Source: Candidatus Moranbacteria bacterium RIFCSPHIGHO2_01_FULL_55_24
GTDB lineage: Bacteria; Patescibacteriota; Minisyncoccia; Moranbacterales; UBA1568
DNA length: 64,000 bases
Direction of reading: 5' to 3'
Assembly: GCA_001786575.1 (NCBI GenBank)
Contig: MFRW01000002.1
Location: 1,717 to 65,716 of the forward strand
Made by a program: the position numbers and the translations under genes. Below, piece by piece: positions 9,834 through 19,200 of this stretch. Within the stretch, counting starts at the first letter, position 1; each line of letters begins with the position of its first letter. Under the pieces are notes generated by a model, which had not been told where the DNA came from, ran no database searches, and was given only the letters and a program-made list of their open reading frames with translations.

Positions 9834-10520
9834 ATGTACTGGATATACCTCACGCTCTTCGTCCTAGTCATCCTCACTCCGAAGCTCATCGGGACGAGTT
9901 TCTGGCTTTTCCAGGAAGACGATCTCGAAGCTCTTCTCATCTTTCTCTTGGGCGCGCTCGGTTTCTTCATCTACATCGCCAAGGAGAAAGCGCTTCTCCG
10001 GCTTTTCAAAGAGAAACTCCTTCTCCAGAAACAGACCAACATCATCTCGCGCGACCTTTCGGATTCGTATTCCTATATCGGCGAAATGAACCGCAAGTTC
10101 GATATCGTGAAGGACTTGGCTTTCCGTCTCCCCAAAGAAGTGCTCGAAGTGCTCGGAGAAGGGAAGAAACACACGTACCAGTCGATCCTCGATGCGGCGA
10201 GCATGCTCTCGAAAACAGACGAGGTGTCGCTTCGCTTCGTGAATGTCAAAGAAAAGAAGATGCTGAAGGTAGTGGAGACCGAAGCGAAGATGTTTCAGGG
10301 GTTCGATGCCGAAGCGCTTCTTCGCGAAAAGAAGCATTTCTGGGTTACCGATATGGTCACGTGCGTCTGTTCCCCGCGCGAGGCTGGCGGAGTCCTCGCG
10401 TTCCTTCTCTTTGCGAAGCGGGGGAATCACGATGAAGACATCGAGCTTTTCCAGATCCTCGCTTCCGAAGCGCTGCTCCTCTACGGATTGGATCAGAAAG
10501 CAAGAAAGGAAGGGAAATAA
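9834..10520 (+). CDS. Hypothetical membrane protein
   Basis: Two N-terminal TM helices and no recognisable motif. It sits between galU and the GT4 gene. Confidence 0.4.
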   Translation: MYWIYLTLFVLVILTPKLIGTSFWLFQEDDLEALLIFLLGALGFFIYIAKEKALLRLFKEKLLLQKQTNIISRDLSDSYSYIGEMNRKFDIVKDLAFRLPKEVLEVLGEGKKHTYQSILDAASMLSKTDEVSLRFVNVKEKKMLKVVETEAKMFQGFDAEALLREKKHFWVTDMVTCVCSPREAGGVLAFLLFAKRGNHDEDIELFQILASEALLLYGLDQKARKEGK

Positions 10521-10536
10521 TCAGGGGACCGAACAT

Positions 10537-11736
10537 ATGCGCATAGGAATCGATGCCCGCTTCTATGGGACCGTGGGAAAGGGTCTCGGGCGCTATACGG
10601 AAAAACTGATCCAGGAACTCGAACGGATCGATTGCGAGAACGATTACGTCGTTTTCCTCTGTCCGGAAAATTACGAGGCTTATGTCCCGAAAAATCCGCG
10701 CTTCTCGAAAGTCCTCTCGCGTTCCAAGTGGTATGGGTTTTCCGAACAGTTCTTCTTCCCGTTCCTGCTCTACCGCTTCCGGCTCGACCTCGTGCACTTC
10801 CCGCATTTCAACGTGCCGCTCCTCTATCGGAAGCCGCTTGTCTTCACGCTCCACGATCTGATCCTTTTCCATTATCCGACGAAGAAAGCGACCACTCGCA
10901 GCCCCTTCCTGTATCGGATGAAATTTCTCTCCTACCGGCTGGTTTTGAGCGCAGCGCTCCGGCGAGCCAAAGCAGTCATCACCGTATCTCATTTTACCGA
11001 AGCCGATATCAAAGAGAACTATCCTTCTGCTGCTTCGAAGATATGCGTCACCTACGAAGCGGCGGAAGATCGCTGTTTCGTACTCCCGGAAGAAGAGGAA
11101 AACACGCTCTTCCGGAAGATCGGTCTTCCTGTATCATCCGCACCTCTGCAAGGGGGCAAGCGTGATATACTGGAGCCATATGTTCTCTATGTCGGGAACG
11201 CCTATCCGCACAAGAACCTCGGGATGATTCTCGAGATGGCAGAGAAATTCCCTGGCGAGCGCTTCGTCCTGGTCGGAAAGGAAGACTATTTCTATGCCCG
11301 TCTCAAGAAAGAGGCTCTGGCGCGCGGCGTAGGGAATGTGGTGTTTGCCGGTTCTGTTTCTGATGAGGAGCTGGGGACTCTCTATCGGCACGCGCGGCTC
11401 TATCTCTTTCCTTCGCTCTACGAAGGTTTCGGACTCCCTCCGTTAGAGGCCATGAATTACGGAGTGCCGGTGATGAGCGCCCGGCGCGGATCGTTGCCTG
11501 AAGTGCTCGGCGATGCGGCGCACTACTTCGATCCGGAAGACAAGGAAGCGGCGGAAAAGATTTTCACGAAAATGCTTACTGATGAATCTCTCCGAGAGCG
11601 TCTCCGGGCGCGCGGCTATGCCCAGAGCGCCAAATACAGCTGGAAGCGGATGGCCGAAGAGACACTCCGGCTCTACACTCGAAAAAACACACACGAAACA
11701 TGTACTCGTATTCGTATCGGCCGCCGAAACGCGTAG
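10537..11736 (+). CDS. Glycosyltransferase family 1 (GT4-type)
   Basis: MRIGIDARFYG... with a C-terminal EX7E-type motif (EGFGLPPLEAMNYGVPV). The start is set at the ATG at 10537; the ORF-track 10306 is an upstream extension. Confidence 0.8.
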   Translation: MRIGIDARFYGTVGKGLGRYTEKLIQELERIDCENDYVVFLCPENYEAYVPKNPRFSKVLSRSKWYGFSEQFFFPFLLYRFRLDLVHFPHFNVPLLYRKPLVFTLHDLILFHYPTKKATTRSPFLYRMKFLSYRLVLSAALRRAKAVITVSHFTEADIKENYPSAASKICVTYEAAEDRCFVLPEEEENTLFRKIGLPVSSAPLQGGKRDILEPYVLYVGNAYPHKNLGMILEMAEKFPGERFVLVGKEDYFYARLKKEALARGVGNVVFAGSVSDEELGTLYRHARLYLFPSLYEGFGLPPLEAMNYGVPVMSARRGSLPEVLGDAAHYFDPEDKEAAEKIFTKMLTDESLRERLRARGYAQSAKYSWKRMAEETLRLYTRKNTHETCTRIRIGRRNA

Positions 11737-13868
11737 CTGACATTACGTCGAAAAAGGCCGAGCCAGAAAAAACCGAACCTTTCACCTATGAGCCGCTCCA
11801 GCCGCCAGGAGCTTCTTTTTCCTGGCAAGAGGAGCGCCGCTCCGAGGCTGTTCCTGCTTCTTTGCATATTCCTCGTGAGCGCGCGCCAAGAGAGTATCGC
11901 GTGAGCGGCAGCCGGAAGCGTATAGCCTTCCTCTCGCTTTCGATACTTCTCCTCGCTTTCGGCGCTTTCTTCTGGTACGAGGCGAAACACGTCAAGAACG
12001 CGATCCAGCAGGAAGGCGAGACCGGCTATGCCAAGCTGTCCGGGGCGGTAGAGAGTCTTTCTGCCGAAGAATACGCGCTTTCGCTCCGCCAGTTCGGCGA
12101 AGCGGAGCGGGCGTTTACGGATGCCCAGAAGCGCCTCGATCTTTTCGGCGGCGAGCTTCTGGAGATTACCCGCTTCGTTCCCGGGCTGTCGCGCGCGGCC
12201 AGCGGCAAGAATATGCTGGAGGCTGGCGAACATATCGCGAAAGCCGGGCCGTACCTGGCAGAAATCGTCGAGCGTTTCCACTCGTCCAAGGACGCTTACG
12301 GCCAGGGGAAGAAGATTTCGCTCCTTCAGTTCCTTAAGCAGATGAAAGCGCCCCTGGGAGAAGCCAGGAAAGAATTGGAAGCAGCAGACGCGGCGCTCCA
12401 GCATGTCGCTCTCGACGATATCCCCGAAGAGAAGCGCGAGCAGTTCTTATCTGCGCGCGAACATCTGCCGGCTATTCTCGGGCTCCTTACGAGCTTCGAC
12501 CAGAACGAAGCGGTTTTCGAAGAGCTCTTGGGTGGGAACGGCCCGCGGAAGTATCTCTTCCTGCTCCAGAACAATCACGAGCTGCGGGCGACCGGAGGCT
12601 TTATCGGGACGTACGCGCTCCTCGATATGAACGATGGCGTGGTACGCCAGTTCTTCGTCGACGGCATCTTCAATCCGGACGGACAGCTCAAGGAAAACAT
12701 CGTACCGCCGAAACCGCTTCAGAAAGTGAGCGCCGGCTGGAGCCTGCATGACAGCAATTGGTTCCCGGATTTCCCGACTTCCGCCGAGAAAGCCATTTTT
12801 TTCTATGAGAAAACCGGGGGACCGACGGTGGACGGAGTGATCACGCTTACGCCGGAGGTCATGCAGAAACTGCTGGTGATTACCGGTCCGATCACTCTCG
12901 AGAAGTACGGATTGACGGTGGACAGCGAGAATTTCATTCCCGTCATCCAGGAGCAGGTAGAGGAGAGGTATGACCGCGAAGAGAACAAGCCGAAACAGGT
13001 GCTGGCTGATCTTTCGATGAAGCTTTTCGAAAGAGTCTTCGCGCTCCAGGACGAGAAAACTCTCTATCGCATGGCGGACGCTCTCATCCAGGGATTGAAC
13101 GAAAAACATGTTCTTCTCTATGCCCGCGATCACGAAGCGCAGGCGCTTATCGACGCTTCCGGCTGGTCGGGAAGGATGCTCGATACCAAGAAGGACTACT
13201 TGAGCGTCGTGCACTCGAATATCAACGGGTACAAGACCGACGGCGTGATCGACGAGACGATCCGGCACCGCTCCGAGATCGCGGCTGACGGCTCGGTGAT
13301 CGATACGGTGACGATCACCCGGGTGCATAACGGCGGCCATACGCCGTATGAATGGTGGAATCGCGTGAATGCCGACTACCTGCGCGTCTATGTGCCGGAG
13401 GGCTCGGAACTCCTCTCGGCCAAGGGGATGACATGGGAGTTTCCGGAAGCGCCGCTTGACTACGACGCCTTGGGCTTCCGCCGAGATCAGGATGTCACTC
13501 ATATCGAATCCTCGGAGAAGATCCATGAGCCTTCCGGTACCCGCATCGGCGTAGAGTCCGGAAAAACGGTTTTCGGGAACTGGGTCTATGTCAGCCCCCA
13601 GGAATCCGTGACGGTGGAATACCGCTACCGCTTGCCGTATCGGCTCTCTGCCGGGGAAGATGGCAGAGAAACGGTTTCGCAGTCGGTGCTTTACCAGAAG
13701 CAGGCCGGTACCGAGGGAAGCCGGCTCGAGTCCGCGATCGTCTATCCGGAAAAGTGGCAGGCTGTTTGGCAGACCGGAGGGAATCTGATACCGTATGAGC
13801 ATACCCTTAAGCTTGAAGAAAGCCTCAAAGCCGACCGATTCGTAGGTGCGGCTTTTCGCGTCAAATAA
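11700..13868 (+). CDS. DUF4012-like extracytoplasmic protein with an N-terminal TM anchor
   Basis: 722 aa. A single TM segment is followed by the conserved LLQNNHELRATGGFIGTYALLD motif. It overlaps the GT4 3' end by 37 nt. Confidence 0.55.
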   Translation: MYSYSYRPPKRVADITSKKAEPEKTEPFTYEPLQPPGASFSWQEERRSEAVPASLHIPRERAPREYRVSGSRKRIAFLSLSILLLAFGAFFWYEAKHVKNAIQQEGETGYAKLSGAVESLSAEEYALSLRQFGEAERAFTDAQKRLDLFGGELLEITRFVPGLSRAASGKNMLEAGEHIAKAGPYLAEIVERFHSSKDAYGQGKKISLLQFLKQMKAPLGEARKELEAADAALQHVALDDIPEEKREQFLSAREHLPAILGLLTSFDQNEAVFEELLGGNGPRKYLFLLQNNHELRATGGFIGTYALLDMNDGVVRQFFVDGIFNPDGQLKENIVPPKPLQKVSAGWSLHDSNWFPDFPTSAEKAIFFYEKTGGPTVDGVITLTPEVMQKLLVITGPITLEKYGLTVDSENFIPVIQEQVEERYDREENKPKQVLADLSMKLFERVFALQDEKTLYRMADALIQGLNEKHVLLYARDHEAQALIDASGWSGRMLDTKKDYLSVVHSNINGYKTDGVIDETIRHRSEIAADGSVIDTVTITRVHNGGHTPYEWWNRVNADYLRVYVPEGSELLSAKGMTWEFPEAPLDYDALGFRRDQDVTHIESSEKIHEPSGTRIGVESGKTVFGNWVYVSPQESVTVEYRYRLPYRLSAGEDGRETVSQSVLYQKQAGTEGSRLESAIVYPEKWQAVWQTGGNLIPYEHTLKLEESLKADRFVGAAFRVK

Positions 13869-13871
13869 GCC

Positions 13872-15527
13872 ATGGTTGCGAAAATCGTCACAAAACTCTC
13901 CCAATGGAATAACGCTCCGAGCCATACGATCGGCGGAGCGGCTTTGCTGATCGCGCTTTCGGGAGTCGCGAGCCGCATCTTAGGCTTCTTCCGTGACCGT
14001 ATCCTGGCGAGCCAGTTCGGCGCGGGTGACGTGCTCGATGCGTATTACGCTGCCTTCCGTATCCCGGATTTTCTCTACAGCCTTCTCGTGGCTGGCGCGC
14101 TTTCCGCCGCTTTCGTCCCGGTCTTCACCGAGCTTCTGGCAGGCAAGAAAAACGAAGAGGCTTGGCGCCTGGCTTCAGGCGTGCTCATTCTTCTCATGTG
14201 GACGCTCGGCCTCTTGGGGCTCCTGGGAATCCTCTTCGCTCCGAGCCTCATGCACCTCTTAGCTCCCGGCTTCGGTCCGGAGAAGGCTTCGCTTACGGTC
14301 ACGTTCTCGCGCATCATGTTGCTCTCGCCGCTCTTCCTCGGCATGAGCGCCGTGTTCGGCGGCGTCCTCGTCTCCTTCAAGCGCTTCGCGGCGTATTCGC
14401 TCGCGCCTATCTTCTACAACCTCGGCATCATCTTCGGCGCCTGGTTCCTCGCGCCTTCCTTCGGTCCGATCGGGCTGGCGTGGGGAGTGGTCTTGGGAGC
14501 ATTCCTCCATATGCTCATCCAGTACCCGGCCCTGAAGAGCGCCGGCTTCCGAGCCACTCTCGCGAGTCTCCGTATCTGGAAGGATGCTTCGGTGCGCCGG
14601 GTGATCACCCTCATGATCCCGCGATCGTTGAGCATGGGAGTGAGCCAGATAAGCCTGCTTGCGATGACGGCCTTCGCCTCGACGCTGGCATCCGGAAGCC
14701 TTGCGGCTTTCATCTTCGCCAACAACATCCAGAGCGTGCCGCTCGGCCTTTTCGGCATCGCTTTTTCTCTGGCGGTCTTCCCTTCCTTGAGCCTCTTCGC
14801 AGCCGAAAAGAAGGGGAAGGATTTCTTCGTCGTCCTCTCGGAGACCGCACGCCGCATCCTTTTCTTCGTCGTCCCGCTCTCGCTCGCGCTTATCATCTTC
14901 CGCGCCCAGTTCGTCCGCGTGATCCTGGGGACCGGAAACTTCGACTGGGAAGACACCATCCTCACCTTCGAAATCCTGAAGTTCCTCTCGTTCTCGCTTT
15001 TCGCCCAGAGTCTCATCCCGCTCTTCGCCCGCGCCTTCTTCGCGCTCCAGAATACCCGCACGCCGCTCTATGTGGCACTCGCGAGCGAGGCGCTCCATAT
15101 CATGCTGATTCCTCTCCTCCTCCCGTACTTCCAGGTGGAAGCGCTTGCGCTCTCCTTCTCGGTCGCGAGCGTGGTGAACGTAGCGCTGCTCTATGTCTTT
15201 CTCCGCCGCCATGCGAGCTTCTGGCATGACCGAGCGTTCCTTCTGCCGGTCGCGAAGATCATCTTCGCTTCGCTCCTCGCCGGGGCCGTGGCGCAGCTGT
15301 CCAAGTCCGTCTTCGCCCTCACCACGAACGAGCTCGATACCTTCATCGAAGTCTTCCTCCAGCTCTTCATCGGCGTTACCATCGGCGGCACCGCCTACCT
15401 GCTCTTCGCTTACTGGCTCCGGATCGATGAGCTCCGCCTGGTGAAGCGTTTCGTCGTTTACAAGATCTTCCGCCAGCCGGAAACCGCGACCCTCGCCGGA
15501 GACCATCCCGAGCGCGGCGAATGGTAA
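13872..15527 (+). CDS. murJ: Lipid II flippase MurJ (MviN)
   Basis: 551 aa and polytopic. The N-terminus ...GGAALLIALSGVASRILGFFRDRILASQFGAGDVLDAYYAAFRIPD is diagnostic of MurJ. Confidence 0.85.
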   Translation: MVAKIVTKLSQWNNAPSHTIGGAALLIALSGVASRILGFFRDRILASQFGAGDVLDAYYAAFRIPDFLYSLLVAGALSAAFVPVFTELLAGKKNEEAWRLASGVLILLMWTLGLLGLLGILFAPSLMHLLAPGFGPEKASLTVTFSRIMLLSPLFLGMSAVFGGVLVSFKRFAAYSLAPIFYNLGIIFGAWFLAPSFGPIGLAWGVVLGAFLHMLIQYPALKSAGFRATLASLRIWKDASVRRVITLMIPRSLSMGVSQISLLAMTAFASTLASGSLAAFIFANNIQSVPLGLFGIAFSLAVFPSLSLFAAEKKGKDFFVVLSETARRILFFVVPLSLALIIFRAQFVRVILGTGNFDWEDTILTFEILKFLSFSLFAQSLIPLFARAFFALQNTRTPLYVALASEALHIMLIPLLLPYFQVEALALSFSVASVVNVALLYVFLRRHASFWHDRAFLLPVAKIIFASLLAGAVAQLSKSVFALTTNELDTFIEVFLQLFIGVTIGGTAYLLFAYWLRIDELRLVKRFVVYKIFRQPETATLAGDHPERGEW

Positions 15528-15584
15528 GGAACCCTTGCCACTCGCGACTCTATCCATTACCGTAGAGAGAATACTCTTTTTCCT

Positions 15585-17393
15585 ATGCGCCAATCCCATA
15601 TACGCAACTTCTGCATCATCGCCCATATCGATCACGGCAAATCCACGCTGGCTGATCGCCTGTTAGAGCTGACCAAAACGGTCGAGCAGCGCAAGATGAA
15701 AGAGCAGCTCCTCGATCAGATGGATCTCGAGCGGGAACGCGGCATCACGATCAAGCTCCAGCCGGTCCAGATGCACTATGCGTACCAGGGCGAGGAGTAC
15801 CTGCTGAACCTGATCGATACCCCGGGCCATGTGGATTTCCACTACGAAGTGTCGCGTTCCTTGGCGGCCGTCGAAGGCGCGATCCTCCTGGTAGATGCCA
15901 CGAAAGGCGTGCAGGCCCAGACGCTCGCCAATCTCTACCTGGCCATCGAGCAGGGACTCGAAGTCGTCCCGGTAGTGAACAAAGTCGACCTGCCGAATGC
16001 CGAAGTAGAGAAGACCAAGAAGGAGATCATGCATATCTTAGGCTGTACCGAAGACGCTATCCTCGAGGCTTCCGGCAAGACCGGTCTCGGCGTCGAGGCG
16101 GTGCTAAAGCGTGTCATCGAACGCGTACCCGCCCCCGAAGGCGATGAGGCAGCGCCGCTCCGCGCTCTTATTTTCGATTCTGTTTACGATACCTACAAAG
16201 GCGTAGTGGCCTATGTGAAGGTGGTGGACGGTAGCGTGAAGCGGGACGACGTCCTCTATATGCTCGCTACCGACAAGGAAAGCGTGACCGTAGAGGTCGG
16301 CTGCTTCAAACCGAAAATGCTTGCGACGCCCAAGCTTCTGGCGGGGGATATCGGATACATCGCCACCGGCCTCAAGGACGTGTCGCACTGCCGGGTGGGG
16401 GATACTATCACCTGGAAGACGACCGACCGCGAGAAGGATATGAGCACGATCGCTCTTCCCGGTTACCGCGAGATCAAACCGGCCGTCTACGCGAGCTTCT
16501 ACCCGCTGGACGGAGACGAGTATACGATGATGCGGGATGCTCTGGATAAGCTGAAGCTCAATGATGCCGCTTTCGTGTTCGAGCCGGAGTCGAACCAAGC
16601 CTTGGGACGAGGCTTCCGCTGCGGCTTCCTGGGACTCCTCCACCTCGAGATCATCCAGGCCCGCTTGGAGCGCGAGTTCGGCATCATGCCGACCATCACT
16701 ACTCCCTCGGTGGTCTACGAGCTCCAGATGAGGGGCGTTCCCGGACGCACCCCGCTCTATTCGCCTTCCGATATGCCCGACCTGGCCGGAATCGAGAAGA
16801 TTTACGAGCCGTACGTAGCGCTTTCCCTGGTAGTCCCGAGCGAATATCTGGGGAACGTCATGAGTCTGATGCAGACAATACGGGCCGAATACAAGAATAC
16901 CGAGTACATCGATGCGGGCCGCGTCTACCTCTCTTTCGAGGCGCCGCTCATGGACGTGATCGTCAATTTCCACGACGACCTGAAAAGCGTCTCTTCCGGC
17001 TATGCCTCCATGAACTACGAGCCGATCGGCTACCGCGAAAGCGACGTCGTGAAGCTCGACATCATGGTAGCGGGAGACAAGATAGATGCTTTCGCCCGCA
17101 TGATTCCCAGAGGGAACGCCCATACGGAAGGCAAGCGAGTCGTGGAAAAATTGAAAGAAGTCATCCCGCGCCAGAACTTCGCCATCGCGATCCAGGCGGT
17201 TATCGGCGGAAAAATAATCGCCCGCGAGACGATCTCGGCCTTCCGCAAGGACGTGACGTCGAAACTGTACGGGGGAGACTTCTCCCGCAAGAAGAAGCTT
17301 CTGGAAAAACAGAAGAAGGGCAAGAAGAAGATGCGTGACATCGGCAAGGTGTCTATCCCATCCCAGGCATTCCTCGCGGTGCTCCGCAAGTAG
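15585..17393 (+). CDS. lepA: Elongation factor 4 (LepA)
   Basis: NFCIIAHIDHGKSTLADRLL, DTPGHVDF and NKVDL GTPase motifs are present. The conserved LepA C-terminal domain is present. Length is 602 aa. Confidence 0.95.
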   Translation: MRQSHIRNFCIIAHIDHGKSTLADRLLELTKTVEQRKMKEQLLDQMDLERERGITIKLQPVQMHYAYQGEEYLLNLIDTPGHVDFHYEVSRSLAAVEGAILLVDATKGVQAQTLANLYLAIEQGLEVVPVVNKVDLPNAEVEKTKKEIMHILGCTEDAILEASGKTGLGVEAVLKRVIERVPAPEGDEAAPLRALIFDSVYDTYKGVVAYVKVVDGSVKRDDVLYMLATDKESVTVEVGCFKPKMLATPKLLAGDIGYIATGLKDVSHCRVGDTITWKTTDREKDMSTIALPGYREIKPAVYASFYPLDGDEYTMMRDALDKLKLNDAAFVFEPESNQALGRGFRCGFLGLLHLEIIQARLEREFGIMPTITTPSVVYELQMRGVPGRTPLYSPSDMPDLAGIEKIYEPYVALSLVVPSEYLGNVMSLMQTIRAEYKNTEYIDAGRVYLSFEAPLMDVIVNFHDDLKSVSSGYASMNYEPIGYRESDVVKLDIMVAGDKIDAFARMIPRGNAHTEGKRVVEKLKEVIPRQNFAIAIQAVIGGKIIARETISAFRKDVTSKLYGGDFSRKKKLLEKQKKGKKKMRDIGKVSIPSQAFLAVLRK

Positions 17394-17422
17394 CTTGGCC
17401 TATATAACGCAGGAAAGAAAAA

Positions 17423-17453
17423 AGCCCCGTACACGGTTGTGTAGGGGGCTTTA
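17423..17453 (+). terminator. Putative Rho-independent terminator after lepA
   Basis: An AGCCCC/GGGGCT stem with a 16-nt loop, followed by a weak T-rich tail. Confidence 0.4.
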
Positions 17454-17473
17454 TGTGGTGTGGCGCTTTATGC

Positions 17474-17611
17474 TTACCGCGGTTCGCTGTAGTCGGAGCA
17501 GTCCTCGGACGGGTCAGACTGTTTCGCGGCCTGCCGGAGCGCGGCGGCGAGGGCGGTAACGGCGGCTGTCGAAATGACCAGCAGCAAGGCCTTTTTATGA
17601 GCGAGTGACAT
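17474..17611 (-). CDS. Small (about 45 aa) predicted secreted/membrane peptide
   Basis: The minus-strand reading gives MSLAHKKALLLVISTAAVTALAAALRQAAKQSDPSEDCSDYSEPR, a signal-peptide-like N-terminus. A GGGAGAAAG Shine-Dalgarno sits 5-8 nt upstream. This frame differs from the Pro/Arg-rich 108-aa ORF on the track. Coordinates are +/-1. Confidence 0.3.
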   Translation of the reverse strand: MSLAHKKALLLVISTAAVTALAAALRQAAKQSDPSEDCSDYSEPR

Positions 17612-17766
17612 CTTCTTTCTCCCTGGGCAAGAACTGGATTTCTATCTATCATTATACACCTAATAGGTGCATTTGTCAATAGGTGAGAGGTCGCTTTGTT
17701 TTCGGCTTTTTCTTCTTTATTTTTCTTTGCTATACTGAATCCATAATACTAAAAGATACAGAGGTT

Positions 17767-18078
17767 ATGGCCATGCAATTTACCGACGCAAATTTCGAGC
17801 AGGAAGTGCTCAAGAGCGATAAGCCTGTTTTTGTGGATTTCTGGGCGCCGTGGTGCGGTCCGTGCCTGATCTTGGGTCCGATCGTCGAGGAATTGGCGCA
17901 GGAAGTGACGAATGTGAAGATCGGGAAGCTGAACGTCGATGAGAACGCGGCGACGGCTTCTGCGTACGGCATCATGTCTATCCCGACCATGAAAGTCTTC
18001 AAGGGCGGGCAGGTAGTGAAGGAATTCGTCGGCGTGCAGTCCAAGGAGACGCTCAAAAACGAACTCGCATCCCTCTAA
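17767..18078 (+). CDS. trxA: Thioredoxin
   Basis: The WCGPC active site is present and the product is 104 aa from the ATG at 17767. The ORF-track start at 17683 is an upstream extension. Confidence 0.85.
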   Translation: MAMQFTDANFEQEVLKSDKPVFVDFWAPWCGPCLILGPIVEELAQEVTNVKIGKLNVDENAATASAYGIMSIPTMKVFKGGQVVKEFVGVQSKETLKNELASL

Positions 18079-18107
18079 GGGAGAAACTTAAATATTGAGG
18101 AGGCAAT

Positions 18108-18548
18108 ATGAAAATCTATAAAGAGCGCATCGATCTGGAGTCGAAGACCCAGATCGAATTCCTGGACATCACCGCGCAGGTTCAGGAAATCATCGACCGC
18201 GCCGGCGTGCGCGAGGGCCAGGTGCTCGTCTATGTGCCCCATACCACTATGGGCGTGGCGATCAACCACAATGAATCCATGCTGCTCCAGGATTTCATGC
18301 GCATCCTCTACAAGATCGTTCCGGTGGACGACCAGTATTCTCACGATCTTTTCGAACTGCGCCGCGAGTCCGGCTCTGACGGCCGGAGCAACGGCCACTC
18401 GCACTGCAAAGCGATCCTTCTCGGAAACAGCGAGACCATCCCGATCGAGCGCGGCAAGCTGGTCCTGACCGAGCGCCAGAATATCTTCGCGGTAGAGTTC
18501 GACGGCGCCCGGAAGCGCGACGTCGTCATCCAGGTAATCGGCCTGTAA
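18108..18548 (+). CDS. YjbQ/UPF0047 family protein (secondary thiamine-phosphate synthase-like)
   Basis: 146 aa with the conserved pattern VPHTTMGVAINHNE...D...H.H.KAIL. Confidence 0.7.
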   Translation: MKIYKERIDLESKTQIEFLDITAQVQEIIDRAGVREGQVLVYVPHTTMGVAINHNESMLLQDFMRILYKIVPVDDQYSHDLFELRRESGSDGRSNGHSHCKAILLGNSETIPIERGKLVLTERQNIFAVEFDGARKRDVVIQVIGL

Positions 18549-18562
18549 CAGTTCTCCGGTCT

Positions 18563-19189
18563 ATGGGAAAGAACTTGGCAGATTCCCTCGCTCGTGACGG
18601 CTACCTGAAAAGCGAGCGTCTCGCGGAAGCGTTCCGTCACATTGCGCGGGACCGATTCGTTTCGGAGGAGTTCGGGCGGCAGGCAGCCGCGGATATGCCG
18701 CTTCCCATCGGCCACGGCCAGACCATCAGCCAGCCGGCAACGGTGGCGATGATGCTCGAGCTTCTGGATGTCCGCGAGGGACAGCATGTCCTGGACGTCG
18801 GAAGCGGATCCGGCTGGACGAGTGCGCTTCTGGGGCACTTGGTCGGCCCGCATGGCCGCGTCGTGGCGATCGAGCGCCTGCCGGAGCTCTTCGAGGCAGG
18901 CCGGAAGAACATCGAGAAATTCCAGCTCTTGAGTTCCGGCATCGTGGACTGTATCTTAGGAGATGGAGCCCGGGGCTATCCCGAAGCGGCGCCGTATGAC
19001 CGGATCCTCGTCTCGGCAGCAGCCGAGGAAGTGCCCGAGGCTCTCAAGGCAGAACTCAAAACAGGCGGGAAAATGGTCATCCCGATACGGAATAGCTTGA
19101 CGCTTATCGAGAAAAGGGGAGAGAATGAATTCTTCCAGGAAGAACACTCCGGATTTTCCTTCGTCCCGCTGATAGAAAAAACATCTTAA
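18563..19189 (+). CDS. pcm: Protein-L-isoaspartate O-methyltransferase
   Basis: HGQTISQPATVAMMLELL and the VLDVGSGSGW SAM motif are present. Length is 208 aa. Confidence 0.85.
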   Translation: MGKNLADSLARDGYLKSERLAEAFRHIARDRFVSEEFGRQAAADMPLPIGHGQTISQPATVAMMLELLDVREGQHVLDVGSGSGWTSALLGHLVGPHGRVVAIERLPELFEAGRKNIEKFQLLSSGIVDCILGDGARGYPEAAPYDRILVSAAAEEVPEALKAELKTGGKMVIPIRNSLTLIEKRGENEFFQEEHSGFSFVPLIEKTS

Positions 19190-19200
19190 ACTCAAAGCTT

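Noticed and set aside
12447-15635. Long minus-strand ORFs (492 aa and 458 aa) antisense to the DUF4012-like gene and murJ
   Set aside because: Same reasoning: compositionally biased, motif-free translations opposite confidently identified + strand genes (the MurJ signature is unmistakable).
17353-17679. 108-aa minus-strand ORF from the track (MTNAPIRC...PRGMPGMG)
   Set aside because: The translation is Pro/Arg-rich and spans the lepA terminator hairpin. A different frame in the same region gives a far more protein-like 45-aa signal-peptide ORF with an SD, and that one is reported instead, at low confidence.
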